Source of the DNA: an uncultured cyanobacterium
GTDB lineage: Bacteria > Cyanobacteriota > Cyanobacteriia > Cyanobacteriales > CAWUOF01
Assembly (NCBI GenBank): GCA_963744145.1
Contig: CAVUSO010000001.1
Location: 416,001-480,000, forward strand
Reading direction: 5' to 3'
DNA length: 64,000 nucleotides
The notes under the pieces were generated by a model, which worked only from the letters and a program-made list of their open reading frames with translations, ran no database searches and was not told where the DNA came from. This document shows, piece after piece, positions 52,796 to 63,034 of this stretch. A program made the translations under genes and the position numbers. Numbering within the stretch: position 1 is the first letter of the stretch; each line of letters begins with the position of its first letter.

Positions 52796-53437
52796 TTATT
52801 TGAGAGTATCTTTCAGAACAGTTCTAGCAGCTAAATGATTACGAGTATCCGTCAAGATTTTCGCTTCACGCTCTAGTCTGAGAAAAGTATCTTCCATTTC
52901 TAACAGATATTGTTGTTCTGTCGGTACACCATAAAGATTACTTGCTACCCAGTAAGATAACTCAATCGGTAAAGAAGGTATATCTTCTGGGAGTTCAATC
53001 GTCTGATCAGTTAATTTAGCCGAGAGACGTACCACATCTTCCAACAATTGCTTAACCTCTGTAGCTAGAGGTCGGAGGTTTTGAGGGGAAGATTGGTCAG
53101 AAATCCATTCTACCAAACCAACTAGATAGGGCTTTTCTCGGACTGGTTCGAGCAAGCGAAATCGCTGTTGTCCTAAAGTTAACATCTTCATCCGGTCATC
53201 GGGTAACCGTTGACAGTGAACTATTTCTGCACAACAACCAACTGTTGCGGGCTTACCTTGCATCGGGTCCCACATTAACACCCCAAAACGGCGATCGCTT
53301 TCCAGGATCGTGTTCATCATGATCCGGTAACGAAATTCAAAAATATGTAGCGGTAGCGGTCTACCTGGAAACAACACAACTTCCGGGAGTGGAAATAAGG
53401 GAAGTTCTTGAACAGCGACGGAAGAAGAGGATGCCAT
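52796..53437 (-). CDS. LON peptidase substrate-binding domain protein
   Basis: LPLFPLPEVVLFPG.PLPLHIFEFRYRIM. Confidence 0.92.
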   Translation of the reverse strand: MASSSSVAVQELPLFPLPEVVLFPGRPLPLHIFEFRYRIMMNTILESDRRFGVLMWDPMQGKPATVGCCAEIVHCQRLPDDRMKMLTLGQQRFRLLEPVREKPYLVGLVEWISDQSSPQNLRPLATEVKQLLEDVVRLSAKLTDQTIELPEDIPSLPIELSYWVASNLYGVPTEQQYLLEMEDTFLRLEREAKILTDTRNHLAARTVLKDTLK

Positions 53438-53532
53438 CGTCCCCCAATTAAAGATAAGTGGGCTTCTATACCTACTTTAACCTGATTTTGACACAACTCC
53501 AACATCAGTCAAGATAACTTTTGCTTATTTAT

Positions 53533-54462
53533 TTATTTATTTGGCGATAATTGCCAAATTTTCAGAGTATTATCTTTGCTGCCACTAGCAAGCAGTTGAC
53601 TATCGGGGCTGAAAGCCACACTGCTGACATAGTCGGAATGTCCTTCTAGAGTCCTCAGTAGTTCACCTGTGTGTAAATTCCACAATTTAATAGTCTTGTC
53701 CCAACTGCAACTAGCCAGAATTTGGCCATCTGGGCTAATTTTGACTTCAGGAATATTATCTAAATGTCCTTCTAGGGTATTTAGAAGTTCTCCTGTCTGG
53801 ACATTCCAAATTTTCACCGTTTGATCCGCACTACTACTAGCAATCATTTCCCCATCGGGACTGATCGCGATCGAGGTAATGCCCGAGGAATGTCCAGTTA
53901 GGGTATGTAAAGCCGTACCTGTTTGTAAGTTCCATAACTTAATCGTTTCATCTTTACTCCCACTCGCGAGCATTTCCCCATCGGGACTAATCGCCACCGT
54001 TACACCCCAACGGGAATGACCATCAAAAGTCCGCACTAAATCCCCTGTGTTTAAGTCCCACAGCTTAATCCGATTTTGATGACCACTACTGGCTAATAGG
54101 GGCGATCGCGGTGCTAGGGCCACCGAAAAAATGCCTCGGGAACGAGCATCAATGGTCTGACGTACCTGACCATTCTGGAGGTTCCAGATTTGGATTTTAT
54201 TATCTAACCCACCACTGGCTAAAGTTTGGCCATCATCGCTCATGGCGATTGTCCAAATTTCGGCTGAATGACCTTTAATGGTACGAATCAATTCACCGTT
54301 GGGTAGACTCCAAAACATGATGGTTCCACCAACACTACCCACAAACGTTTGACCATCTGGGCTGATGGCAACGGATCTGACCCAGGATGGAAAACTTAAG
54401 TCCCCTGGAATGCTATGTAGTAGTTGAGCATTTTGCCAAGAATCGGGAAACGGTACGCTCAT
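53533..54462 (-). CDS. WD40 repeat protein
   Basis: About 7 GH...WD/WN repeats. Confidence 0.95.
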   Translation of the reverse strand: MSVPFPDSWQNAQLLHSIPGDLSFPSWVRSVAISPDGQTFVGSVGGTIMFWSLPNGELIRTIKGHSAEIWTIAMSDDGQTLASGGLDNKIQIWNLQNGQVRQTIDARSRGIFSVALAPRSPLLASSGHQNRIKLWDLNTGDLVRTFDGHSRWGVTVAISPDGEMLASGSKDETIKLWNLQTGTALHTLTGHSSGITSIAISPDGEMIASSSADQTVKIWNVQTGELLNTLEGHLDNIPEVKISPDGQILASCSWDKTIKLWNLHTGELLRTLEGHSDYVSSVAFSPDSQLLASGSKDNTLKIWQLSPNK

Positions 54463-54856
54463 ATATTGGTCAATTTATTGGCGAAACTTCTGCTATCTTC
54501 ACCGGATTTAGACTAACGTTCCTACTTTCCTGGCGATCGGCCAAGTTTTGAGGTAGTTTTGGCGCTAGTAATAAGTATAATTGCGCTCTAGACCGATTTG
54601 ACTATCTAATCCCGCTAGTTATTCTATAATAAGCTGATCATGATTTAATTTAGATATTGGGTAAATTTAGTCAGACTTGCCCCACTGTTCTCTGCATGAC
54701 TGAGCGCCATTCCAGTCTGTCCCCTGGTAATTAGGGACTCAAGTGAGTTTAAAGTTTAACTCCAAAACTAAAAAAGTGAAAAAGTGAAAAGTAAAAACAA
54801 AATAAAATCTTGCTGATTGACTTTTCACTATTTCTAATTTTATGAGCTAATTACTT

Positions 54857-55975
54857 TTAGCCAATTCCATCAATCAACGGATGAAAGAAAAATGCTAACC
54901 CCAAAACCATATAAGCTGCTAACAATAAAATCCCTTCGAGCCAATCAGAACGACCATCAGAACTAACCGAATTAGCAATTAATACAGCAACTGCTACACC
55001 TACTAATTCAAAGGGATTAAAATCAAGATTCATCGGTTGCCCAATGACCCAACCAATTAAAACTAAAACTGGGGCAACAAATAAAGCTATTTGCAAACTA
55101 GAACCAACCGAGACCGAAACAGACAGATCCATTTTATTTTTCATTGCTACTGTCACTGCTGTTGCGTGTTCAGCTGCATTGCCAATAATTGGTACTAGAA
55201 TCACCCCTGTAAATAGGGTGGTCAGCCCCAAATTAGCCGTCGCGACTTCTAGACTATCTACTAATAACTCAGATTCAAATGCTACAGCAATTGTGGCAAC
55301 TAATAACACCGTCAGCCAAAGTGGTAGATTAACTTTAGTTTCATGCTGTTCTGCGATCGGAGTAGTTTGATCTGATTCCTCGGAGTTGTTTTCTGCCACC
55401 CCCACATCATAAAGATAGCTGTGAGTCTTCATCGAGAATAGCAGAGTCAATCCATAAACAATGATTAATACCACTGCTACTGCACTAGATAGAGTTTGCA
55501 TCGTGGCCGAAGTAATCCCCTTTGATGTTACATCGACAGCGGTAGGGATTAACATAGCAATTACTGCTAAATTCATCGAGGAAGCATTGGTTCGGGCGAT
55601 GATTGATTGGAATGTTTGTTCTTTGTAACGCAATCCCCCCAAAAACATTGACAAGCCCATCACTAGCAGTAAATTACCGATAATTGAACCAGTGATACTA
55701 GCTTTTACCACATCAACTAAACCATTTTGCAAAGCGATAATACCGATAATTAGTTCAGTCGCATTCCCAAAAGTCGCATTCAACAGACCTCCGAAAGAAG
55801 GACCAAGGACAACCGCAATTTCTTCCGTTGCCGTGCCCATCCAAGCGGCAAGGGGAACGATCGCTAAAGCAGATGTAATAAAGATCACTGACGATCCCCA
55901 CTCCAAAAAGTGGGCGGCAATGGAGATCGGGATAAACACTAATAAGGTTGATAAGATGTTTTTTGTGTTGAGCAT
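54857..55975 (-). CDS. cax: Ca2+/H+ antiporter
   Basis: LNATFGNATE, GSIIGNLLL, GNAAEH. Confidence 0.95.
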   Translation of the reverse strand: MLNTKNILSTLLVFIPISIAAHFLEWGSSVIFITSALAIVPLAAWMGTATEEIAVVLGPSFGGLLNATFGNATELIIGIIALQNGLVDVVKASITGSIIGNLLLVMGLSMFLGGLRYKEQTFQSIIARTNASSMNLAVIAMLIPTAVDVTSKGITSATMQTLSSAVAVVLIIVYGLTLLFSMKTHSYLYDVGVAENNSEESDQTTPIAEQHETKVNLPLWLTVLLVATIAVAFESELLVDSLEVATANLGLTTLFTGVILVPIIGNAAEHATAVTVAMKNKMDLSVSVSVGSSLQIALFVAPVLVLIGWVIGQPMNLDFNPFELVGVAVAVLIANSVSSDGRSDWLEGILLLAAYMVLGLAFFFHPLIDGIG

Positions 55976-56276
55976 CTAGGTCAAAAATCTGTTCCTTCAG
56001 ATCAGGTGGCCGGCATAAAGTTAATTTTAGCTCATTTTTGTCAGACCAGATCTTCTTGATCAATATCGGTTTCATCATCAATTATTGATTGGTAGGAGCT
56101 AATTTTTAGTTGACTTGAATTAAATTTGGCGATCGCGTGCTATTTTAGTCTAGGATTGCTCACATTATGATCGAGAATAAATAGTTAACCGATGTTGATC
56201 ATTTGATAAGATGCAAAGAAGATTTTAATCATGTCATCGATCTGGCTAATTTTGGAAGATTTTTGGATGTAATTGC

Positions 56277-59018
56277 ATGGCTTCTCCTCTTGATTCCCAG
56301 TCTTCAGAATCTGCCAATCTGGCAGGATTTTCTCATCAGAATGAAAGTAATAACGCTCACCTAGACCAAAATAATTTCAACCGGGAAAACGATCCTCGGT
56401 TCAAAGCCAGTGGCGTTTATATTACAGTTCATGGACATTTCTATCAACCACCCAGAGAAAATCCTTATCTTGATGCAATTGAACGTCAGCCCAGTGCGGC
56501 TCCTTTTCATGACTGGAATGAACGGATTCATCATGAGTGTTATCGTCCCAATGCTTTTGCCCGGGTGTTCAATGACCAAGGTGAAATAGTCGGGATTGTA
56601 AATAATTATGAATATTTGAGTTTTAATATCGGTCCGACTCTGATGTCTTGGCTAGAACGTCACGATCGCGAAACTTATGACAGAATTTTGGCAGGAGATC
56701 GTTCCAGTGGCGATCGCCTCAATGGTCATGGTAATGCGATCGCTCAGGTTTATAATCATACCATCATGCCTCTGGCCAATGAGCGCGATAAATATACTCA
56801 AATTCGCTGGGGAGTGGCAGACTTTCGCTCCCGTTTTGGTCGGGAACCAGAAGGAATGTGGTTAGCAGAAACGGCTGTAGATTATGCCACTCTAGCCGTA
56901 TTAATTAAGGAAGGGATTAAGTTTATTATCCTGGCACCCTCTCAAGCCCAACGCTGTAGAACTCGATCTCATCTAGAAGTGACTCAATGGCACGAAGTTG
57001 GTGGTGGTCAAATTGATCCAACTCGTCCTTACCGCTGTTTTTTAAAGCCCAATTTGAACGTTTTAGGTGGTGGGGAAATCTTACCAGCTAGTAGTGACCC
57101 TCCTGCATCCCAGACTCCCTACATCGATATCTTTTTTTATGATGGACCGATATCAAGGGATATGGGCTTCAACGATGTGCTGCAAAGTTCCTATAATTTG
57201 AGCAGACGCTTAGGTTTGGCAATTCATGGAGATCATCGTCCTAGTCAACTCCTGTCTGTCGCTACTGATGGAGAAACCTTTGGACACCATAAAAATGGTA
57301 CAGAAAAATGTCTCGCTTATGCTTTTACCCAGGAATTTCCTCACCAGGGTTGGACGGTAACTAATTATGCCCATTATCTCAGCCTATGTCCACCCACTTG
57401 GGAAGTCGAACTAAAACCAGTCACAGCTTGGAGTTGTAGTCATGGAGTCGATCGCTGGCAAGATGATTGTGGTTGTGCTAGTGGTGGTGGTTGGCACCAA
57501 AAATGGCGTCGTCCCTTACGTGATGCCCTAAATTGGTTGCGCGATCGGTTGATTTTGGTGTATGAAGACTTCGGGCAACGCTGTTTTCACGATCCTTGGG
57601 CTGCCAGAGATGGGTATATTCAAGTGATTCGCGATCGCCGACCTGAGCAGGTAGAGCATTTTTTCCAAGAGTATCAAAACCATGAACTCACCCCAGCCGA
57701 AAAAGTTGATGCTTTGCTTTTGCTAGAAATGCAGCGTCATGCGCTCTTGATGTTCACCAGTTGTGGGTGGTTTTTTGAAGAAATTTCTCGTCCCGAAGGA
57801 GTCCAAATTCTCCGTTATGCAGCCCATGCTTTGGAATTAGCTAGAGAGCTTGCTGGGGTTGATTTAGAAGCAGAATTTATCAAACTGCTAGCTCTAGCTC
57901 CGAGTAATCTAGACTCTTTCAAAACTGGGGATGAAGTATATCGACAAATGGTGGTGACTGCTCAGATTAATTTCCTCCAAGTAGCAGCTCACTACGCCAT
58001 TAGTTCTCTGTTTACTAGCTACACAGAAATTTACCGCGTCTATTGTTATGAAGTCCAGCAATTAGATTACCAATTACAACGAATGGGATCTTTAACTTTA
58101 GCCGTTGGTCAATTAAATCTGATTTCAGAAATTACGCGGGAAAAAAGACATTTTGTATTTGCTGTTCTCCATTTAGGAGGTTGGGATTTTCACTGTTGTA
58201 TTAAGCCCTTTGCTGGCGATATTACTTATGTAGAAATGAAAAAATATTTATTTTCTGCTCTGCAAGAAGCTAGTGCGGCTGCGGCGATTTTGAGGATGGT
58301 AAATTTGTTCGGAGACCAGTCTTTTAGTTTACGGGATTTGTTTGCCGAAGAACGTCATCGAATTATGCGTTTGCTTAGTGGTGAAACCTTGACTCGATTA
58401 GATCAATTATATACCCAGGTTTATCGAGATAATTATGGAGTAATCATGGCATTCCATCGCGATGAATTACCAGTACCACAAGAGTTACAAGTAGCTGTAG
58501 AAGTAGCTCTCCAACATCGCTGTCTTACTACAGTCCGCACCTTAGCCCAGGAAATTAATGATGGTGGTTTAGGTTTGAGTCAGATCGGTGAATTAGAAGC
58601 GATCGGGACGGAAGCTAAACATCTGCGCTGTCAATTAAATATTCCTGAAGCTAAACAAATTCTAGCCGAGCTAATTGTGCGATCGCTTGATGCTTTGCTG
58701 CATCGTAGCACTGCGGCTACTTTCACGGCTAATTTTCACCAGATCGAACGGATGATTAGCATTGGTAATCAATTAAATCTCGCGCTAATTTTAGATCGAG
58801 CCCAAGAACTTTATTGGTATTATTTGACTGAGAAAATTTGGCCTTTATTATGCCAAAATCATGGTAAATCTTGGTTGGAAGTTAATCATTCTCCCTTAGG
58901 GCAATTAGCTCCTAAGTTATGGACTTATGATGAATTACGTCTGCTTTTGCAATTAGGTAAGCAACTGAGTGTCCAGGTCAATCAATATCTCGAAAAATTA
59001 ACAGAAGAAAACATCTAA
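56277..59018 (+). CDS. GH57 family protein with DUF3536 domain
   Basis: HGHFYQPPRENP, GMWLAETAVD, ATDGETFGHH, MFTSCGWFF. Confidence 0.92.
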   Translation: MASPLDSQSSESANLAGFSHQNESNNAHLDQNNFNRENDPRFKASGVYITVHGHFYQPPRENPYLDAIERQPSAAPFHDWNERIHHECYRPNAFARVFNDQGEIVGIVNNYEYLSFNIGPTLMSWLERHDRETYDRILAGDRSSGDRLNGHGNAIAQVYNHTIMPLANERDKYTQIRWGVADFRSRFGREPEGMWLAETAVDYATLAVLIKEGIKFIILAPSQAQRCRTRSHLEVTQWHEVGGGQIDPTRPYRCFLKPNLNVLGGGEILPASSDPPASQTPYIDIFFYDGPISRDMGFNDVLQSSYNLSRRLGLAIHGDHRPSQLLSVATDGETFGHHKNGTEKCLAYAFTQEFPHQGWTVTNYAHYLSLCPPTWEVELKPVTAWSCSHGVDRWQDDCGCASGGGWHQKWRRPLRDALNWLRDRLILVYEDFGQRCFHDPWAARDGYIQVIRDRRPEQVEHFFQEYQNHELTPAEKVDALLLLEMQRHALLMFTSCGWFFEEISRPEGVQILRYAAHALELARELAGVDLEAEFIKLLALAPSNLDSFKTGDEVYRQMVVTAQINFLQVAAHYAISSLFTSYTEIYRVYCYEVQQLDYQLQRMGSLTLAVGQLNLISEITREKRHFVFAVLHLGGWDFHCCIKPFAGDITYVEMKKYLFSALQEASAAAAILRMVNLFGDQSFSLRDLFAEERHRIMRLLSGETLTRLDQLYTQVYRDNYGVIMAFHRDELPVPQELQVAVEVALQHRCLTTVRTLAQEINDGGLGLSQIGELEAIGTEAKHLRCQLNIPEAKQILAELIVRSLDALLHRSTAATFTANFHQIERMISIGNQLNLALILDRAQELYWYYLTEKIWPLLCQNHGKSWLEVNHSPLGQLAPKLWTYDELRLLLQLGKQLSVQVNQYLEKLTEENI

Positions 59019-59056
59019 ATCTCAGGGGCGTGATGGCGATCCGCCCCGCAGTTAAT

Positions 59057-59692
59057 TTAACTATTCATGGGATCAAAAATGATTTCTTGATGGGAGAATC
59101 TGTGGATATTGCTACTGCGGCTTTGCCCATTTTCAGCGATCGATTCAGCTGGGATAAAACTCAATTCTAAATCTAATCTCATTTCTGCGTGTTTCCACTC
59201 TTTACCAGGTTCAAGAAATTCCACTTGGGGAAAACCTAAACGACTGGGTTGAATTAAATCAGTAGTTTCACTACAAGCAGATTGCAGTTCTTCTTTGAGT
59301 TCACGAATTAAAGAGCCAACTTGACGAGGTTCGCGACAGATGAGATTAAGATCAGATTGAATGACGGCAGCATCAGGTAAAACATAATTGGGAGATTGCC
59401 AAGTTAAGCAATCGAGTTGGATCGGTCGGTCTTCAGAACGGATTTTAAATCCAATGATTGGTAATAAGCGGAGAGTACCGTAAGTCCATCCCCCATTAGG
59501 TTGAATTGCTCTACCTTTCGTGCCATCGATTAAACATTTAACATCGTAAGAAATTCTCGTCACCGACCACAGAAGAATTGACAACAACTCTTCAAGTAAA
59601 AAAGTCTGTCGCCAAAATTTGTGGCTAGGTAGCTTAATTAATGTGTCACTGGTGAGGAAAGAAGTCTGGGTAATCCCTGTAGATTCGGCCAT
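59057..59692 (-). CDS. Hypothetical protein with KGK-like segments
   Basis: GRAIQPNGGWTYGTLRL and VEFLEPGKEWKHAEMRLDLELSFIP resemble the KGK family core. Confidence 0.55.
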   Translation of the reverse strand: MAESTGITQTSFLTSDTLIKLPSHKFWRQTFLLEELLSILLWSVTRISYDVKCLIDGTKGRAIQPNGGWTYGTLRLLPIIGFKIRSEDRPIQLDCLTWQSPNYVLPDAAVIQSDLNLICREPRQVGSLIRELKEELQSACSETTDLIQPSRLGFPQVEFLEPGKEWKHAEMRLDLELSFIPAESIAENGQSRSSNIHRFSHQEIIFDPMNS

Positions 59693-59753
59693 TGGTAAAA
59701 CTAATAGTGTTTATCCTCTAAGATATCTCTGAAATGGAGATTTAATCAAGTTT

Positions 59754-59843
59754 TTTTGTGGGACAGACATCTTGTCTGTCTAATTTTGTGGGACAGACAT
59801 CTTGTCTGTCTAATTTTGTGGGACAGACATCTTGTCTGTCTAA
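59754..59843. repeat. Three exact tandem copies of a 30-bp palindrome-containing unit
   Basis: TTTTGTGGGACAGACATCTTGTCTGTCTAA x3 with no spacers. Confidence 0.95.
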
Positions 59844-60469
59844 TCTCGACACCAGATATATTCAGGGACAAAGCCCCCCTGATGTCCATGTTGCCAACCA
59901 TACCAGTCGCAGGTCAGATCATCATATTTGTTTTTATATTCATTAAAAAAACGAATTCGTTCTAGACGCAACTCCAAAAACTGCTCCTGACGGTATTCTT
60001 GCAGCCAGGAGCGTCGATCTCCGATGGGTTCGGTGAGAGATTTCCTCATCAAAAAAATCACGCCTTTAGCCGCATATTTATAAGCCATTTTCACAAATAA
60101 GTGAATAATCGATTTTCGGCTTTTTTTACCTGGAACCAGATATTGATAGCAAGGTGGATAGCTGATGACCCAATCAAAACCTCCCGTGGCGTATTCGAGC
60201 CATTGCCAAGATGCTTCCAGGGTCATATCGAAATGAAAGTCTGAGCATTGGTGGGGATCAATATCATTTGTAAAAACGTAGATTTGGTTAGAAAAATCTT
60301 GGATCACTTTAGCGATCGCATTATTACCACTAGCCGGATCTAAAATCACATCCCCTAATTCCAAAGGTAATCTGGGCAACAGTTCTGCCGTCGCCCATTC
60401 CGGACTGGGATAAGAATTGAACCATCGATAGGGCTGGCGCAGGTGTAATTGTTGGATTAATTGTGTCAT
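59840..60469 (-). CDS. Small phage/plasmid-type DNA amino-methyltransferase-like protein
   Basis: YPSPEWAT, ILDPASG (motif I), TNDID, FDWVISYPPC (motif IV position). Confidence 0.75.
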   Translation of the reverse strand: MTQLIQQLHLRQPYRWFNSYPSPEWATAELLPRLPLELGDVILDPASGNNAIAKVIQDFSNQIYVFTNDIDPHQCSDFHFDMTLEASWQWLEYATGGFDWVISYPPCYQYLVPGKKSRKSIIHLFVKMAYKYAAKGVIFLMRKSLTEPIGDRRSWLQEYRQEQFLELRLERIRFFNEYKNKYDDLTCDWYGWQHGHQGGFVPEYIWCRD

Positions 60470-60652
60470 AAATTTTTGTCTGCTTGAGAAAATATATGTT
60501 AACCGAATTAGTTTATGACCCCTAGGGAGGGGGTCACTTCCCTCTACCAGTATCGACCGACATATTTAAAAATCAAGCTGGAGTGAATCGGGAGTTTTTT
60601 TTCCGGATTTGCGTCAAAAATGTTGAACAATATAAAGAGGGTGCATTGCGTC

Positions 60653-60886
60653 ATGATTACAGGTCTGCTTTTAGAGAGTCTTACCCCTCCGCCTGCCCTA
60701 ATTCAGCTAGCCCCTAACCCTACTCAGCTTACAGCTCCAGGGTTACTTCTGGCCAAGCAATGTAAGGAAGTCAGTCGGTGGTATGCCTGGACACAATGCG
60801 GAACAAGCACATGTTGCAAGCTATACATTGCATGCTCGGACGGAACGGTAGTTACCCAATCAGTAGAAGCCTCCAACTGCAGTTAG
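60653..60886 (+). CDS. Small six-cysteine protein (77 aa)
   Basis: AAGAGG upstream; hydrophobic Pro-rich leader then C-x11-C-x4-CC-x5-C-x14-C. Confidence 0.55.
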   Translation: MITGLLLESLTPPPALIQLAPNPTQLTAPGLLLAKQCKEVSRWYAWTQCGTSTCCKLYIACSDGTVVTQSVEASNCS

Positions 60887-60948
60887 AGGAACATCTACGC
60901 CAAGCTACCATCAAACTGATATCATCAGTAATACTGCTGGTAATTTTT

Positions 60949-61422
60949 ATGCCCAAAGATCAATCGCCCCAAACTCGGCTGACTGCTATATTGCAGGAAC
61001 AGCAGAGATTAGTGCTTGAACTAAAAGATGCCTCTCCCGGAAGGCAACTGCAAATTCAAGCTGAAATTGTCGCGCTCACCGAGGAGCAGTCAAAATTACT
61101 CCAGGAGGCTGGGCAAGTTACCTGTTTTATCTTTTCGAGTTCTAGTACCAGAGGAACTGGTTGGATTGAGGAAGAGCGTAACTATGATGGTGCGATTCGA
61201 CAATATCGTTATGGTTTCTATCGCAACGGTAAAAGTAATCGTCGCTATCTATCAAAGTTCCTTGTCCCTGATGTGCAACGGATGATTGCTGCCAAAGCTT
61301 CACCAGATGCCATTATAGAATTCCTAGATAAAGCAAAAATGCGGGATACCGCCACAACTTCTTTAGCTGGAGCTAATCTTTCTAAGCGTGATTCTAGAAA
61401 AGAGATTATTCGCGGAGTGTGA
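60949..61422 (+). CDS. Hypothetical protein: coiled coil plus basic beta-rich domain
   Basis: GWIEEE...YRYGFYRNGKSNRRYL....V..MI....SP..I..FL. Confidence 0.65.
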   Translation: MPKDQSPQTRLTAILQEQQRLVLELKDASPGRQLQIQAEIVALTEEQSKLLQEAGQVTCFIFSSSSTRGTGWIEEERNYDGAIRQYRYGFYRNGKSNRRYLSKFLVPDVQRMIAAKASPDAIIEFLDKAKMRDTATTSLAGANLSKRDSRKEIIRGV

Positions 61423-61732
61423 ATAGCTTAAATATGACTTACTGAAGGTGAATAGTAGCGTATGGTTCGCACCGTCCATTTTTCTTGACCAAAGTAAGTT
61501 TTATGTCGCTATTTCAATCTCAAAGTGGCGCCTCAATCTGGCGTCTACTTTGTTGTGTCTAGGTTGATTATTGATTCAGCAAAAAGTTGATAGATTACTG
61601 ATGTTATTGGTGGCACAAATATCTTGTCCTGGTTCAGAGATTCTGAGTTCATCAGAGAATCATTACCAAACAGCAGAATTAATCAGCTTTCTCCCATTGA
61701 CTTTGCTGTTTTTCACTAAAAACTTTACTCAA

Positions 61733-63034
61733 TTACCTCACCTTTTGTCGAAAATTACGAGCTTTTTCAATACATTTACGAACAGATTGTTTTGATAGCT
61801 GTGATGAGTGTAGCTTCTCTTGTTGTTCACATCTACGTTGTAACTCTTGAAGCAATGGTGTTAGTTTTATTGGAGGAGGTGTTAGTTTTATTGGAGGACT
61901 TGAGTCATTAATGAAAATGGGAATTGCCTCATGAATATGAGCAATAAGTAACCAAGCCATTACAACTCTATCAGGTTTTTTACCCCAATCATCAAACAAG
62001 GGTTTATAAAGATGATAGTCAAGCCAATCAATTATTTGAGGATCTTTAAAAGAAACTGAATGAGTATTTAGAAAGTATTGCAAGTCTTTGAATAATAATT
62101 CCTCAATTGAATTTATTCGCTCACTCCAACGATCATCGGGTATCTTATAAGTTTCTTGGAAAGCCTCTATCTTTTCACCAAGAGATAAACCTGCTATTGG
62201 CTTAAGTTGTCCTAACTTTCCTGAGTAACAATGCTTACTAAGCAAAATTTCCAGAGAAGTCTGTTTTCCCAATCCAGGCTCCCGTTCCCAGTAAGGCATA
62301 AAAATATCCTCTACTCTGCGCCGAGTATCCTGAGTATTACGAGTAAGAGGGTCTTGTCCTTTTTTAATTCTCTGGTTACAAAAAAGACAATTTGGGACTA
62401 AGTTATATGGATGGCAGGCCAGATGTGGATATTTACTTTTAGGAAGATAATGATCTATATCTACATTTTCTATTTGACCGATCGGATTGATATCACACGC
62501 AGGACAGATAGACAGATCCTTATTTTCATCTTTGAATGCAGTCAAAAATTCTTTTGCTCCAAAGTAAGAAGGATTATTTCCTGAAAAAATATAAAGGGGA
62601 AAGCCAACATTTTTCTGCCTGGGTGTAGGGGTTTGTCGAAAAACTTCTTCATAAAAATTAATTAAGAACTTTTTGGCTGCTTTCTGCCAGGGTTCTCTGA
62701 TTTCGACAGGTTTAAATTCACTAATATTTTGCTTCAGTAGCCTGAATACTTCATAAGCTAGCTGTTTAAACCATTTTCGTTTCTTTGTACTAGAAGTAGG
62801 ATCTGTTGCAATTTCTTGGAGCAGTTTGAGCCTACCGTCAGGTGCTTGCCACACCCACTTAGCAATCTTTTCCCCTCTTCCTCGAAATCTAGGACATCGA
62901 TTGAGACGATTAGCACAGTCAGCTTGGTCTAGAGTCTGTCTAGAAACTGCATAAAATAACAGCCAAATCTGCAAAACTACCACATCTGTGAGCCGCTTAA
63001 GGGTTAGCTCTGGAAGACAAACTTTATGAATCAT
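61733..63034 (-). CDS. Large HNH endonuclease (PtuB-like core)
   Basis: CPACD, IDHYLPKSKYP, NLVPNCLFCN; ATG overlaps the ATPase TGA. Confidence 0.88.
   Translation of the reverse strand: MIHKVCLPELTLKRLTDVVVLQIWLLFYAVSRQTLDQADCANRLNRCPRFRGRGEKIAKWVWQAPDGRLKLLQEIATDPTSSTKKRKWFKQLAYEVFRLLKQNISEFKPVEIREPWQKAAKKFLINFYEEVFRQTPTPRQKNVGFPLYIFSGNNPSYFGAKEFLTAFKDENKDLSICPACDINPIGQIENVDIDHYLPKSKYPHLACHPYNLVPNCLFCNQRIKKGQDPLTRNTQDTRRRVEDIFMPYWEREPGLGKQTSLEILLSKHCYSGKLGQLKPIAGLSLGEKIEAFQETYKIPDDRWSERINSIEELLFKDLQYFLNTHSVSFKDPQIIDWLDYHLYKPLFDDWGKKPDRVVMAWLLIAHIHEAIPIFINDSSPPIKLTPPPIKLTPLLQELQRRCEQQEKLHSSQLSKQSVRKCIEKARNFRQKVR

Noticed and set aside
59754..59843. Possible CRISPR array
   Set aside because: Units are contiguous and identical, with no spacers and no cas genes; ORFs 59756..59965 and 59758..59946 are just translations of the repeat.
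61423..61732. Retron msr/msd downstream of the HNH gene
   Set aside because: Only one imperfect hairpin (about 61521..61552), consistent with a terminator between convergent genes; no a1/a2 arms recognised and no RT in the window.
61857..61898. Short in-frame tandem duplication in the HNH gene (PPIKLT twice)
   Set aside because: A simple slippage duplication in a probable linker, with no evidence of function.
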